Source: Lachnospiraceae bacterium
GTDB taxonomy: Bacteria > Bacillota > Clostridia > Lachnospirales > Lachnospiraceae
Direction of reading: 5' to 3'
Length of the DNA stretch: 64,000 nucleotides
NCBI GenBank assembly: GCA_900759665.1
Contig: CAAEWE010000058.1
Coordinates: forward strand, 11,100-75,099
In this document: positions 9,541 to 18,399 of the stretch, one piece after another
How the letters are laid out: every line of letters starts with the position of its first letter
Position numbering within the stretch: position 1 is the first letter of the stretch
Program-made: the position numbers and the translations under genes
Notes under the pieces: generated by a model
What the model saw: only the letters and a program-made list of their open reading frames with translations
Database searches by the model: none
What the model was told of the DNA's origin: nothing

Positions 9541-11217
9541 TCAATTAAAATACCCGAAATCCACCGATTCCACGACTGCATCTGCAATATTCACACAGCT
9601 GTTTCCCATACGGTCAATGCTGTGAAGAATCTTATTGAATGAAGACGTCAATGCAGCCTTACATTTACCGGTGCTGACACGCTTCATATGATCTTTGCGA
9701 AGCTTCAGATCCAGCTCCAGCACCTTGTCTCTCTTCTTAATGATCTTTGCCGCCTTATCCTTATCTCCGGTCTCCATAACCTTCAAAGAAGCATCATACA
9801 TATCTCCGATCAGCTTCAGGCTCTTTTCCAGATCCCTTGCCGCATCCTTGGAAAGTACGGACTTTTTCGTTTTCTGTGCTTCCTCCGAAAAGACCGATAA
9901 AATATCACCGCAAAGCAGCGAGATCCGGTTTACATCACTGAGTACATACATAATCCCTGCGGTCTGGGTTGCCTGCTCCTCCGTCAACACACCCGCAGAA
10001 AACAGATTGGTCAGATACTCCGTGATTCTGTCATCCAGACTCTGAACCGTCTGAATCTTCTGCTGCAGCTTCTCCTTATATTCTCTGTCTTTAAGAGAAG
10101 ATACCTCCGCTATCCCCGTGATAATTTCTTTCACAATGCCACTCAGCCGGATCACTTCCTTAGAAACAAGACGAAGTGCTGCTGTCGGCTGGTTGATCAG
10201 ATTATTATCAAGATACATTGGCTGTGATGCCTCTTTCTCTTTCTGGTCTCCCGGTATAATAAACATTACGATCTTTACCAAAAGCCAGATCAGTGGCAGC
10301 CATAAAATAGTCATGATCAGGTTAAATCCTGTATGGGCATTGGCAATCTGCCTGGAGATCACCTCCACCTCCGGTCCCTTCGGGGAAATATACTGTATCA
10401 GCTTTGCATACGGATGGATAAACCAGATAAAGATCAGGCTTCCGCTGATATTAAACATACAATGTGCCAGAGCTGTACGCTTGGCATCCCTGCTCTGTCC
10501 GAGACTTGCCAGTAATGCCGTGATCGTTGTACCAATATTGTCACCTAACAGGATCGGAATCGCTCCCGCCAGGCCAAGGATACTTGCTCCGTTTGGTCCT
10601 GCCTGCTCTGCAAAATTCTGTAAAACCGCAATGGTCGCAGAACTGCTCTGTACAACAAGTGTCATTAATGTTCCCACACAAACGCCCAGGATCGGAATAT
10701 TAGCCACCTTTGCAATCATTGCCGTAAAGACCGGGCTTCCTGCCAACGGCTTCATAACATCTCCCATGGTCTCAATTCCTAAGAAAAGAACACCAAATGC
10801 AAAAACGGTCTGTCCGATGTTTTTCACCTTCTCGGATTTACATAAGAAAGAAACAATAAATCCGGCAAAGATCAGCACATAAATATAGTCGCTGATCTTA
10901 AATGCAATGATCTGTGCTGTCATGGTAGTGCCGATATTAGCGCCTAATATAATAGAAATTGCCTGTGGCAGATTCATCAGACCTGCGCTGACGAATCCAA
11001 TCGTCATAACGGTTGTCGCACTACTGCTCTGTAAAACTGCTGTGGTCAATGCACCTGCCAAAACTCCAAGTATCGGATTTTTTGTCAAAAGTGCCAGAAT
11101 CGATTTCATTTTCTCGCCTGCTGCCTTCTGCAGGCACTCACTCATCATATTCATTCCAAATAGGAATAATGCCAATCCTCCCAATAGTCCAAATGCGATC
11201 TGAACCGAACTATTCAT
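9541..11217 (-). CDS. Na+/phosphate cotransporter (NptA / Na_Pi_cotrans family) with a C-terminal PhoU-like domain
   Basis: Duplicated Na/Pi cotransporter repeats (QSSSATT... twice) and a C-terminal PhoU-like helical region. Start at M13 (MNSSVQ) with GGAGGAAAA upstream. Confidence 0.8.
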   Translation of the reverse strand: MNSSVQIAFGLLGGLALFLFGMNMMSECLQKAAGEKMKSILALLTKNPILGVLAGALTTAVLQSSSATTVMTIGFVSAGLMNLPQAISIILGANIGTTMTAQIIAFKISDYIYVLIFAGFIVSFLCKSEKVKNIGQTVFAFGVLFLGIETMGDVMKPLAGSPVFTAMIAKVANIPILGVCVGTLMTLVVQSSSATIAVLQNFAEQAGPNGASILGLAGAIPILLGDNIGTTITALLASLGQSRDAKRTALAHCMFNISGSLIFIWFIHPYAKLIQYISPKGPEVEVISRQIANAHTGFNLIMTILWLPLIWLLVKIVMFIIPGDQKEKEASQPMYLDNNLINQPTAALRLVSKEVIRLSGIVKEIITGIAEVSSLKDREYKEKLQQKIQTVQSLDDRITEYLTNLFSAGVLTEEQATQTAGIMYVLSDVNRISLLCGDILSVFSEEAQKTKKSVLSKDAARDLEKSLKLIGDMYDASLKVMETGDKDKAAKIIKKRDKVLELDLKLRKDHMKRVSTGKCKAALTSSFNKILHSIDRMGNSCVNIADAVVESVDFGYFN

Positions 11218-11749
11218 AAATTTTCCTCCATCTTCTTTACGTGCTTTTATCAACTCTTCTTTTTTACTTCCTAATCATCATAACAAGCACTTGTAAAGCT
11301 TATATGGGGGTTATGTAAAATGTAAGTAAAAAATTTTACTTCCTTTTCACCACGTTTTTACTTAAGAGGGCACTCCTACCATTCCCGCTATGAAAACTGC
11401 CAACAGGCCCAGCCATCCACGGCTTCGTAATAATTGTGCCTTCGGCTCTGATAATACAAATTCTCCCATATCATCGAATACCAAATTCTTTATTCCAAAG
11501 CCTTCCTCCTTCAATGCCTTTACCAGCACCTCTGCCATTTGGGCATATGGCATCCACACCAATGCCTTTCCTATATTGCCATTTTATTTTCCACTGTACT
11601 TTTAATAGTGCACCCACTTTTTGGATGCCAGGAACTCCTCCCGACCGTATGACGTTGGATAGCTTTTTCATAAAAATCTGCATTCCTTTCTAAGCCTGCG
11701 AACTTTGCTATATCCACAAAATTATGCATTTCATTTACACGCTAAAGTA

Positions 11750-12001
11750 CTATTTTATTGTCCTTTCATTTCCCAGCAATGCAGCCATACCAAAAGCAGC
11801 TCCCGGCAGCAGAGCAAAAACTGCCCCGGCAGCTCCCACGGTATTCTGGTAATTATGACTCCCTGTTCCCAGACAGAAAAGGAGGCCAAACACACATCCC
11901 GCTGCCAGCCAGCGTACCGTATGCATCAGAAGCCATACACCTCCCACTGTCTTTGTCTTCCAATCTGTATGATCTAACATCCATTCATATGCTTTCATCA
12001 T
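11750..12001 (-). CDS. hypothetical small membrane protein (about 83 aa)
   Basis: GGAGGA RBS before MMKAYEW. Two predicted TM helices. It lies between the Na/Pi transporter and phoU. The longer 124-aa track ORF starts further upstream and lacks an RBS. Confidence 0.3.
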   Translation of the reverse strand: MMKAYEWMLDHTDWKTKTVGGVWLLMHTVRWLAAGCVFGLLFCLGTGSHNYQNTVGAAGAVFALLPGAAFGMAALLGNERTIK

Positions 12002-12171
12002 ATCCTCCATTCCGCAGACGCATCGCGTCGAAGGAACCGCGAGCAAAATATCAAATTTTGCTCTGCGAATAAGGCTAATTTGTGACGCCTGCGGCACAAA
12101 TAGCCGTGTGATAAAATACTGCATCAGCAGTATTTTTCACACTGGTTCCTCCTTTTCCTTACCAAAAAACG

Positions 12172-12852
12172 TTACTGTGCCTGATCCTCCGGGATCAATT
12201 TGCCATGTACATGCTCCCCAGTCAGGGAAAAGATTACCCATTCCGAAATATTTGTAGCATGGTCTCCGATCCGCTCAAAATATTTGGCAATCATCAAAAG
12301 ATCAGAAGCCTGTTCTCCACAATCCGGATCCTTATGGATCAGCTGTACCAGCTCTGTCTGCACCTGCCGGAACAGATCATCTACCACATCATCCTTCTCG
12401 ATCACAGCTGCTGCCTGAAGCTGATTGCGGTTTACAAAAGCATCCACACTCCCCACCAGCATCACAGATGTCTCTTTTGCCATGCTCTGAATATGATCCA
12501 GATGCTTGATATACGGCTGATTTTTTTTCAAAAGCATCACAATGATCTCGGAAATATCTGCGGCATGATCTCCGATCCGCTCCATATCCGTGATCATTTT
12601 AAGCGCGGAGGAAATCTGACGGAGATCCCTTGCCACCGGCTGCTGCTGTAGCAGGAGCTTCAGACAGAGACTCTCAATGTCTCTTTCCTGACGGTTGATC
12701 TGCTCATCAGAATCAATGACATATTTTGCCAGATCAATATCCTGTGTTACCAGAGCCTTGATGGTATGCTCAATCGCCTTTTCGATCATGCTGCCCATCT
12801 CGATCAGCTCATCATTTAATTTACTTAACTGTCTATCAAAATGTGTTCTCAT
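12172..12852 (-). CDS. phoU: phosphate transport system regulator PhoU
   Basis: Two PhoU repeats (DMERIGDHAADISE and FERIGDHATNISE). Start at M60 (MRTHFDRQL) with AGAGGTGG upstream. The longer track ORF overlaps pstB. Confidence 0.85.
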   Translation of the reverse strand: MRTHFDRQLSKLNDELIEMGSMIEKAIEHTIKALVTQDIDLAKYVIDSDEQINRQERDIESLCLKLLLQQQPVARDLRQISSALKMITDMERIGDHAADISEIIVMLLKKNQPYIKHLDHIQSMAKETSVMLVGSVDAFVNRNQLQAAAVIEKDDVVDDLFRQVQTELVQLIHKDPDCGEQASDLLMIAKYFERIGDHATNISEWVIFSLTGEHVHGKLIPEDQAQ

Positions 12853-12937
12853 TTCTCTGCCACCTCTTTTTTGAACTTCTTTATTAACAATAGCCTGCTG
12901 TTTTAATATCTCTACAGAATATACACCACAGGCTCCA

Positions 12938-13744
12938 TCATCCGAAACGTCCTGTGATATAATCCTCTGTCCGCTTATCCTCCGGCATAGAAAACAGCTT
13001 CTCGGTATCGTTATATTCCACCATCTCACCCAGCAGGAAAAATGCCGTCTTGCTGGAGATACGGGTTGCCTGCTGCATATTATGGGTTACCATGATAATG
13101 GTGTAATCCTTCTGCAGCTCCAGTGCGAGCTCCTCAATATGAGCGGTAGAGATTGGATCCAGTGCCGATGTCGGCTCATCCATCAGGATCACCTCCGGCT
13201 CCACTGCCAAAGCTCTCGCAATACAGAGACGCTGCTGCTGTCCACCGGACAGACCCAGTGCCGACTTTTTGAGACGATCCTTTAACTCATCCCAGATCGC
13301 CGCCTGACGCAGGGACTTCTCCACGATCGCATCCAGCTTCTGTCTGGAATGAATGCCGTGGGTTCTGGGTCCATAGGCAATATTGTCGTAAATGCTCATT
13401 GGAAATGGATTGGGATTCTGAAATACCATTCCCACTCTCTTCCGGAGATGATTCACATCGATATCTCCGTAAATATTCTCATCACCCAGCATCACCGTTC
13501 CTTCGATCCGGCATCCCTCCACCAAATCATTCATCCGGTTTAAAGATTTCAAAAAGGTACTCTTCCCGCAGCCGGATGGTCCGATAAATGCAGTAATGCG
13601 GTTCTGCGGAATATCAATATTAATATCCTTCAATGCATGAAAACTGCCATAATGAAGATTTAACTTTTCAACATGAAACTTGGTTGCCGCAGATACCGGA
13701 TGCTCCGATGCCTCTACTACAACATTTGAATATACTGTATCCAT
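12938..13744 (-). CDS. pstB: phosphate ABC transporter ATP-binding protein
   Basis: Walker [10 protein letters not shown], signature [15 protein letters not shown] and Walker [12 protein letters not shown], with PstB-like length and ends. Confidence 0.9.
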   Translation of the reverse strand: MDTVYSNVVVEASEHPVSAATKFHVEKLNLHYGSFHALKDINIDIPQNRITAFIGPSGCGKSTFLKSLNRMNDLVEGCRIEGTVMLGDENIYGDIDVNHLRKRVGMVFQNPNPFPMSIYDNIAYGPRTHGIHSRQKLDAIVEKSLRQAAIWDELKDRLKKSALGLSGGQQQRLCIARALAVEPEVILMDEPTSALDPISTAHIEELALELQKDYTIIMVTHNMQQATRISSKTAFFLLGEMVEYNDTEKLFSMPEDKRTEDYITGRFG

Positions 13745-13828
13745 AACTTTTCCTCTTTTCTAAACAAATCTGCTTTTTTATTTATATCAAAACTGCTTGT
13801 GCAGAAAATATGCTGTCTGTCACAATCA

Positions 13829-14695
13829 TCAAATCTTTGATTTCAGCTTATTTGCCAAAATGTTGGAGATAAAATTGATGACGATCACAAATACCAGCAA
13901 TACAACTGCAGTGGCAAATGCCTGATCCGTATGAAGACCTTCCTTTGATAAGTTATACATATGTACGGAAAGAGTTCTTACCGAGGATCCAAAGAATCCC
14001 TTGATCCCGGCATTTACCTTAGGAACTGCTGCCACCGTACCTGCCGTAAAGATCAAAGCGGCTGTCTCTCCCACGATACGTCCGATGGAGAGGATCACAC
14101 CGGAAAGAATTCCCGGTACTGCCGATGGAAGTACCGCCCGGAACACCGTCCGAAGTTTTCCGGCTCCCAGTCCGAAGCTTCCTTCCCGGTAGCTTCTCGG
14201 CACCGCCAGAAGTGCCTCCTCACTGGTTCTCATAATCGTTGGCAATACCATGATCGCCACAGTCAGCGCACCGGATATCAATGAATATCCCATATGAAGT
14301 GCTGTACAGAAAAACAACATTCCGAACAATCCATATACGATTGACGGGATACCTGACAACGTCTCTGCCGTCACCCGGACAAGTCCGACAATTTTATTTC
14401 CCTTCTTGGCATATTCCACCATATAGATCGCTGCAAAGATTCCAAGGGGACCTGCCACCACAATGGCGAGAAGTGTCAACAGCAATGTGTTGATCAGTGC
14501 CGGTAACATAGATACATTGTCTGAATTATACGTCCAGGCAAACAGCTCCGGTGTCAGATGGGGCACTCCTTTTACCAGAATGTAAACAATCAACGATCCC
14601 AGTGCCAGTACCGTGATCACTGCCGACAGGATCGTCAGCAGAAGCACCACCAGAGAACCGGGATGATGGAGATATGTTTTTAATTTCACCTTCAT
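13829..14695 (-). CDS. pstA: phosphate ABC transporter permease PstA
   Basis: Six TM helices and the BPD_transp_1 EAA-loop region (SYREGSFGLGAGKLRTVFRAVLP) of the PstA type. Immediately upstream of pstB. Confidence 0.85.
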   Translation of the reverse strand: MKVKLKTYLHHPGSLVVLLLTILSAVITVLALGSLIVYILVKGVPHLTPELFAWTYNSDNVSMLPALINTLLLTLLAIVVAGPLGIFAAIYMVEYAKKGNKIVGLVRVTAETLSGIPSIVYGLFGMLFFCTALHMGYSLISGALTVAIMVLPTIMRTSEEALLAVPRSYREGSFGLGAGKLRTVFRAVLPSAVPGILSGVILSIGRIVGETAALIFTAGTVAAVPKVNAGIKGFFGSSVRTLSVHMYNLSKEGLHTDQAFATAVVLLVFVIVINFISNILANKLKSKI

Positions 14696-14859
14696 TTTCC
14701 TACATTTCCTTTCTCTATAAAGTCGACCACGTGACCGCCGGCTGCAAAATCAGCCGGCCATGCGATATTCTTTTTGCTGTTCTGCCGATACTGCTTTGTT
14801 TTATCTACAGGCAGCAAATTGATTGAAACTAAAAAATTCCAACAAATAAGAAAAAGCCA

Positions 14860-14945
14860 TCGCTTTATTCACGATGACTTAATCTTAAATTTATGAAGTA
14901 AAATCTGCTATCCTGTTTACGTCAAATCTGTGTAAAATGTCTGTG
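14860..14945. promoter_or_regulatory. Copy A of a duplicated ~85-bp pst promoter-like sequence (TTTACG/TGTGTAAAA Pho-box-like repeats) upstream of pstA
   Basis: CGATGACTTAAT...GTAAAATCTGCTATCCTGTTTACGTCAAATCTGTGTAAAATGTCTGTGAA is about 80-85% identical to 37040-37130 upstream of pstS. It lies 165-250 nt upstream of the pstA ATG. Confidence 0.5.
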
Positions 14946-14951
14946 AAGCGG

Positions 14952-16049
14952 TTACTGGATCCATTTGTATCGTAATTTGTACTCGTTGAGGTACTGATAA
15001 CCCAGATGCTTTTCTCTCTGTAGACGCCCGATCACGATATATGGCATGACGTTCTGTGACTCCGCAAATCTCCGGATCGCTTCTATACTATAATCTCCCG
15101 CATTCACAAATGCCTGATAATCATTACGGTTCATAAGCCTGTCGCCGGCAAACCGATCCGCCGCCTGCTCCTTCTTTCGATCCATTCCATCATCCACAAA
15201 GCTTGCATTCTTACCCAGATCTCCATTTACCAGATGTCCTAATTCATGAAATAGAGAAAACCAGAAAATATCTGCATATGATCCACGAAGTGTCAGTACT
15301 ATTTGATATGTCCCATCACTTTTCTGCGAAATATATCCTTGAACCGGTGCTCCCCGAAAATTGTGAAAAACAGCAAAATCAATTCCATAACCTGCCATAA
15401 CCTGTCTTAAATCTTTTTGGAAATTCGGATCACATTTTCGCATTATCCCTTTAATCTGATCAACTAACTCATCGATCCTTGACGCATCAAATTGCGACTC
15501 AACACTTCTACTATCTGCCATAATCTTGCACATCCTCATCCATGCACCCATAACATATGGATCAACTGCTTTATCTGCCATACGGAATGCCCCCGCTGGA
15601 GCAACCTCCTTCAGATTGGCTAAATTACTGATCTGCAAAGATTTTCTCAGGGATAATATAGAATCCTCCTTCTTTTCTCTCTGCGGAATCCTTCCCTTTT
15701 TCCGCAAATAACTGACAATCTCCTTCAATGATTCCCTTGCCTGCTTTTCCTCCTCTGTGATCGTCATTTCTGCATTATATTCCAGTAATTCAGCATCATA
15801 TCTCGCCTGTAAATTAAGCCAGAAAGACTTTGGTACCCCTAATGCATACTCTAATCCAAATGCAAAGTTGGCTGAGATGTCCTTTTTTCCTGCGATGACA
15901 TTGCTTACATATGCTGCCGAGACCCCCGCTCTCGCTGCCAGTTCCGCCTGTGTAATATTACGTTCTACCAAAATATCTGAAATCGTCTCTCCCGGATGTA
16001 TGATCAGATCACGGGATATACCAGTTTTCTTTACTGCCATGGTAATCAT
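14952..16049 (-). CDS. higA: antitoxin-like protein: HigA-type HTH fused to an ImmA/IrrE (M78) metallopeptidase domain
   Basis: N-terminal HigA signature (IHPGETISDILVERNITQAELAARAGVSAAYVSNVIAGKKDIS...FWLNLQARYD). C-terminal DUF955/M78 domain with HELGH (FHELGHLVNGD). Overlaps the upstream higB-like gene. Confidence 0.7.
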   Translation of the reverse strand: MITMAVKKTGISRDLIIHPGETISDILVERNITQAELAARAGVSAAYVSNVIAGKKDISANFAFGLEYALGVPKSFWLNLQARYDAELLEYNAEMTITEEEKQARESLKEIVSYLRKKGRIPQREKKEDSILSLRKSLQISNLANLKEVAPAGAFRMADKAVDPYVMGAWMRMCKIMADSRSVESQFDASRIDELVDQIKGIMRKCDPNFQKDLRQVMAGYGIDFAVFHNFRGAPVQGYISQKSDGTYQIVLTLRGSYADIFWFSLFHELGHLVNGDLGKNASFVDDGMDRKKEQAADRFAGDRLMNRNDYQAFVNAGDYSIEAIRRFAESQNVMPYIVIGRLQREKHLGYQYLNEYKLRYKWIQ

Positions 16050-16377
16050 TCACTCCTTCCACTTCTATCTCTGTGCATATCATAACTGTATCCTGTACTG
16101 CGTTTGGTTCCAGAATCAACCTGACATGGGGAGCCACATGCAGGGAATATCTTATGTTAGTATATCCCTTTAACTGCTCTGGTTTACCCAGTCCTAAGCT
16201 CAAAAAATCCCCAAAGCACTCTGCCGCTTCCAATCTGTCCATATGTTTTTTGATCGTCCGGACCCATTCCATCGGTAACTTTTTACGCATCATGCTATAA
16301 TCATTAAAGTACTTTTCCACTTTCTTATTTGCGTATGTTATTTTCAACAGCTCACCACCTTTTATACGATTAACCAT
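16009..16377 (-). CDS. higB: HigB-family (RelE-fold) toxin
   Basis: KKVEKYF...LKGYTNIRYSLHVAPHVRLILEP...VEGVNDYH matches the HigB_toxin pattern, including the C-terminal DYH. ATG chosen at MVNRIK; the track M1 is a TTG. Confidence 0.65.
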   Translation of the reverse strand: MVNRIKGGELLKITYANKKVEKYFNDYSMMRKKLPMEWVRTIKKHMDRLEAAECFGDFLSLGLGKPEQLKGYTNIRYSLHVAPHVRLILEPNAVQDTVMICTEIEVEGVNDYHGSKENWYIP

Positions 16378-16541
16378 TTGGTTAATCAATAATAGCAAGT
16401 AATATACTCTATGTCAATAGACAATGAAAAGAGACTGTAAAAACTCATCGAACCAAAAAAACGCCTGATCCGACATTTGCCAAAACAGACGTTCCCTGGT
16501 TAGAGATTATTACCACCTTCTTTTTCCTACAAATACTATTA

Positions 16542-17573
16542 CTATCTCCCATTTCTCGCACAACATGGGGATGCATACAGCTTTCCGTGGGTAAAATAAT
16601 TATAAGATCGGCACCCTGCAGCACATCGATCCGCATACCCACACTCCCTGCACGCCCCCTCTAATAGATCTGGCGTAAATTGACGGTTATAGGAAAATGC
16701 CCCCGGATCGTTCCATATATCATCCAGAGAACGGTCACGAAGATTTCCCTCTATAAAAGCTTCATCATACATGGATTCACATCCACGAACATTCCCCACA
16801 CTGTCAATCCCTATATTCGTGAGTCCCGCACCGCATCCCAGAAAAACTGCCCGTCCGCTGGTATTACCTCTTAATGTTCCCTCTGACTCTGTATAATAAC
16901 CAATATTGTCGGCTATCCCAATGGCAAAGTCAGAGCTTGCAATATGCTCCTCCACAAACCTGATCACACGCTGAAAGTCAATCTCCGTGGAAAAAATACC
17001 ACTGGAAGCATTTCCCATAGGAGAGCATGCCTGTAACTGCCATGCAAAAATCTTTTTGATCCGAAGCAGCTCATACATTTCCTCCAAATGACCGACATTC
17101 CTGCTGTGTAACGTACTGATCACCGATACCGGTATATCATTTTCAACTAATACCTCAAGTGCTTTCATTGCACATTTAAAGCTGCCCTTCTGCCGGAACA
17201 GGTCGTGAACTTCTTCGGGACCATCCAGGGAAATTGCAATAGATTCAATCCCTGTATCTTTTATCTTCGCCAAAGTCTCTTCCGTAAAAAGATATCCATT
17301 TGTAATTATGGATACATTCACATTTCGGTGGGTCAAAGCCTTTGCAATGACCGGCCAATCCTGACGCATAAACACCTCCCCGCCAATCATGGAAACCCTT
17401 TCACAGCCCAGTTCTGCCAACTGCTTCGCAACGTCCAGACACTCCTCTGTCGTTAATTCATTCTCACGGGCAGTCCCCGCCTTTGATCCACAATATTGAC
17501 ATGAAAAACAGCATGCCAGTGTAATCTCCCACACACAGGTACGTAACGGGTAATAATACTCCTCTTTATTCAT
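16542..17573 (-). CDS. radical SAM / SPASM-domain peptide-modifying enzyme (first of two)
   Basis: CxxxCxxC at ACCFSCQYC. C-terminal SPASM/twitch Cys clusters (GCGAGLTN...GCESMY...GACRECGYADRCAAGCRSY). Confidence 0.85.
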   Translation of the reverse strand: MNKEEYYYPLRTCVWEITLACCFSCQYCGSKAGTARENELTTEECLDVAKQLAELGCERVSMIGGEVFMRQDWPVIAKALTHRNVNVSIITNGYLFTEETLAKIKDTGIESIAISLDGPEEVHDLFRQKGSFKCAMKALEVLVENDIPVSVISTLHSRNVGHLEEMYELLRIKKIFAWQLQACSPMGNASSGIFSTEIDFQRVIRFVEEHIASSDFAIGIADNIGYYTESEGTLRGNTSGRAVFLGCGAGLTNIGIDSVGNVRGCESMYDEAFIEGNLRDRSLDDIWNDPGAFSYNRQFTPDLLEGACRECGYADRCAAGCRSYNYFTHGKLYASPCCARNGR

Positions 17574-17594
17574 AGTCCTGTATTCCTTTTACAA

Positions 17595-18383
17595 TTATTT
17601 CAATCGGTTTCTGATACGCTGTAACAAAGAATCCTTTTTCCTGGCATGCATTTCAGGATACCTGCCAGAAAGCCTGCCGGTTTTACCTTTTCCTTCCATT
17701 CGTTCCGGAGACGCATATACACATCTCATCTCTGGTTCCGGAGATGCATATACTTTATCCATTGTCACATCCGGTCTCGGGGATGCGTATACTTTATCCA
17801 TTGTTACATCCGGTCTCGGGGATGCATATACTGCTCCCGTCTCAACCCACATGTCCTTGTCGTATTCGCTGTCCCACACATCACAAAACCGCCACAATGC
17901 GGCCTGCAGCCTTTCTAATTGATAGAATGCAGTCTCCTTCCACTGGCTGTTATTCAGCAACTCCGATGTATTATTTTCGGAATGATCTGCCATATAATCA
18001 CTATAAACCTTCAAAAAATCTCTGGTAAGCTTCGTTGTATCTGCTTCCATCGCCACAATATTGTCAACACATAATTTCAGCTCCAATATCGCGGCATCCG
18101 GCGTATCAGCCCGCCTCTCTAAATATGCTTTCATCTCCTTCAACGGACCAATAATGTCATTCCACATGCCAGAGATATCGGCTGTAATCTGATCGATTCT
18201 CTCAACGTGACCATCAAACGAGTTCTCATTCCCAGCTTCCAGATATCTTCTTTTCAATATATCACAGCATTTGATAAACAGCTTCATTGCCTCTGCCATG
18301 CGTTCATACCTGCTGTCTCTAAATAAGCTGTCCCACTCTGTTTCCATATCCGTTTTCTCCTCGTACTCATTTTCATGTAACAT
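17595..18383 (-). CDS. hypothetical helical protein with a C-terminal run of about 3.5 tandem 13-aa repeats (VYASPRPDVTMDK)
   Basis: The 262-aa ORF ends 22 nt before the rSAM/SPASM start. The repeats are encoded by 39-bp DNA repeats at 17711-17842. Confidence 0.5.
   Translation of the reverse strand: MLHENEYEEKTDMETEWDSLFRDSRYERMAEAMKLFIKCCDILKRRYLEAGNENSFDGHVERIDQITADISGMWNDIIGPLKEMKAYLERRADTPDAAILELKLCVDNIVAMEADTTKLTRDFLKVYSDYMADHSENNTSELLNNSQWKETAFYQLERLQAALWRFCDVWDSEYDKDMWVETGAVYASPRPDVTMDKVYASPRPDVTMDKVYASPEPEMRCVYASPERMEGKGKTGRLSGRYPEMHARKKDSLLQRIRNRLK
17711..17842. repeat. 39-bp tandem repeat, about 3.5 copies, within the coding sequence
   Basis: GGATGCGTATACTTTATCCATTGTTACATCCGGTCTCGG is repeated with 1-3 mismatches per copy. 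Confidence 0.7.
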
Positions 18384-18399
18384 TTCTCAAATCTATTAT

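Noticed and set aside
16445-16642. 65-aa ORF, and a nested 35-aa ORF starting ATGGGAGATAG, overlapping the 3' end of rSAM1
   Set aside because: Considered as a possible precursor peptide. There is no RBS, it overlaps the rSAM coding frame heavily, has a single Cys and no leader/core character. Kept only as a remote possibility.
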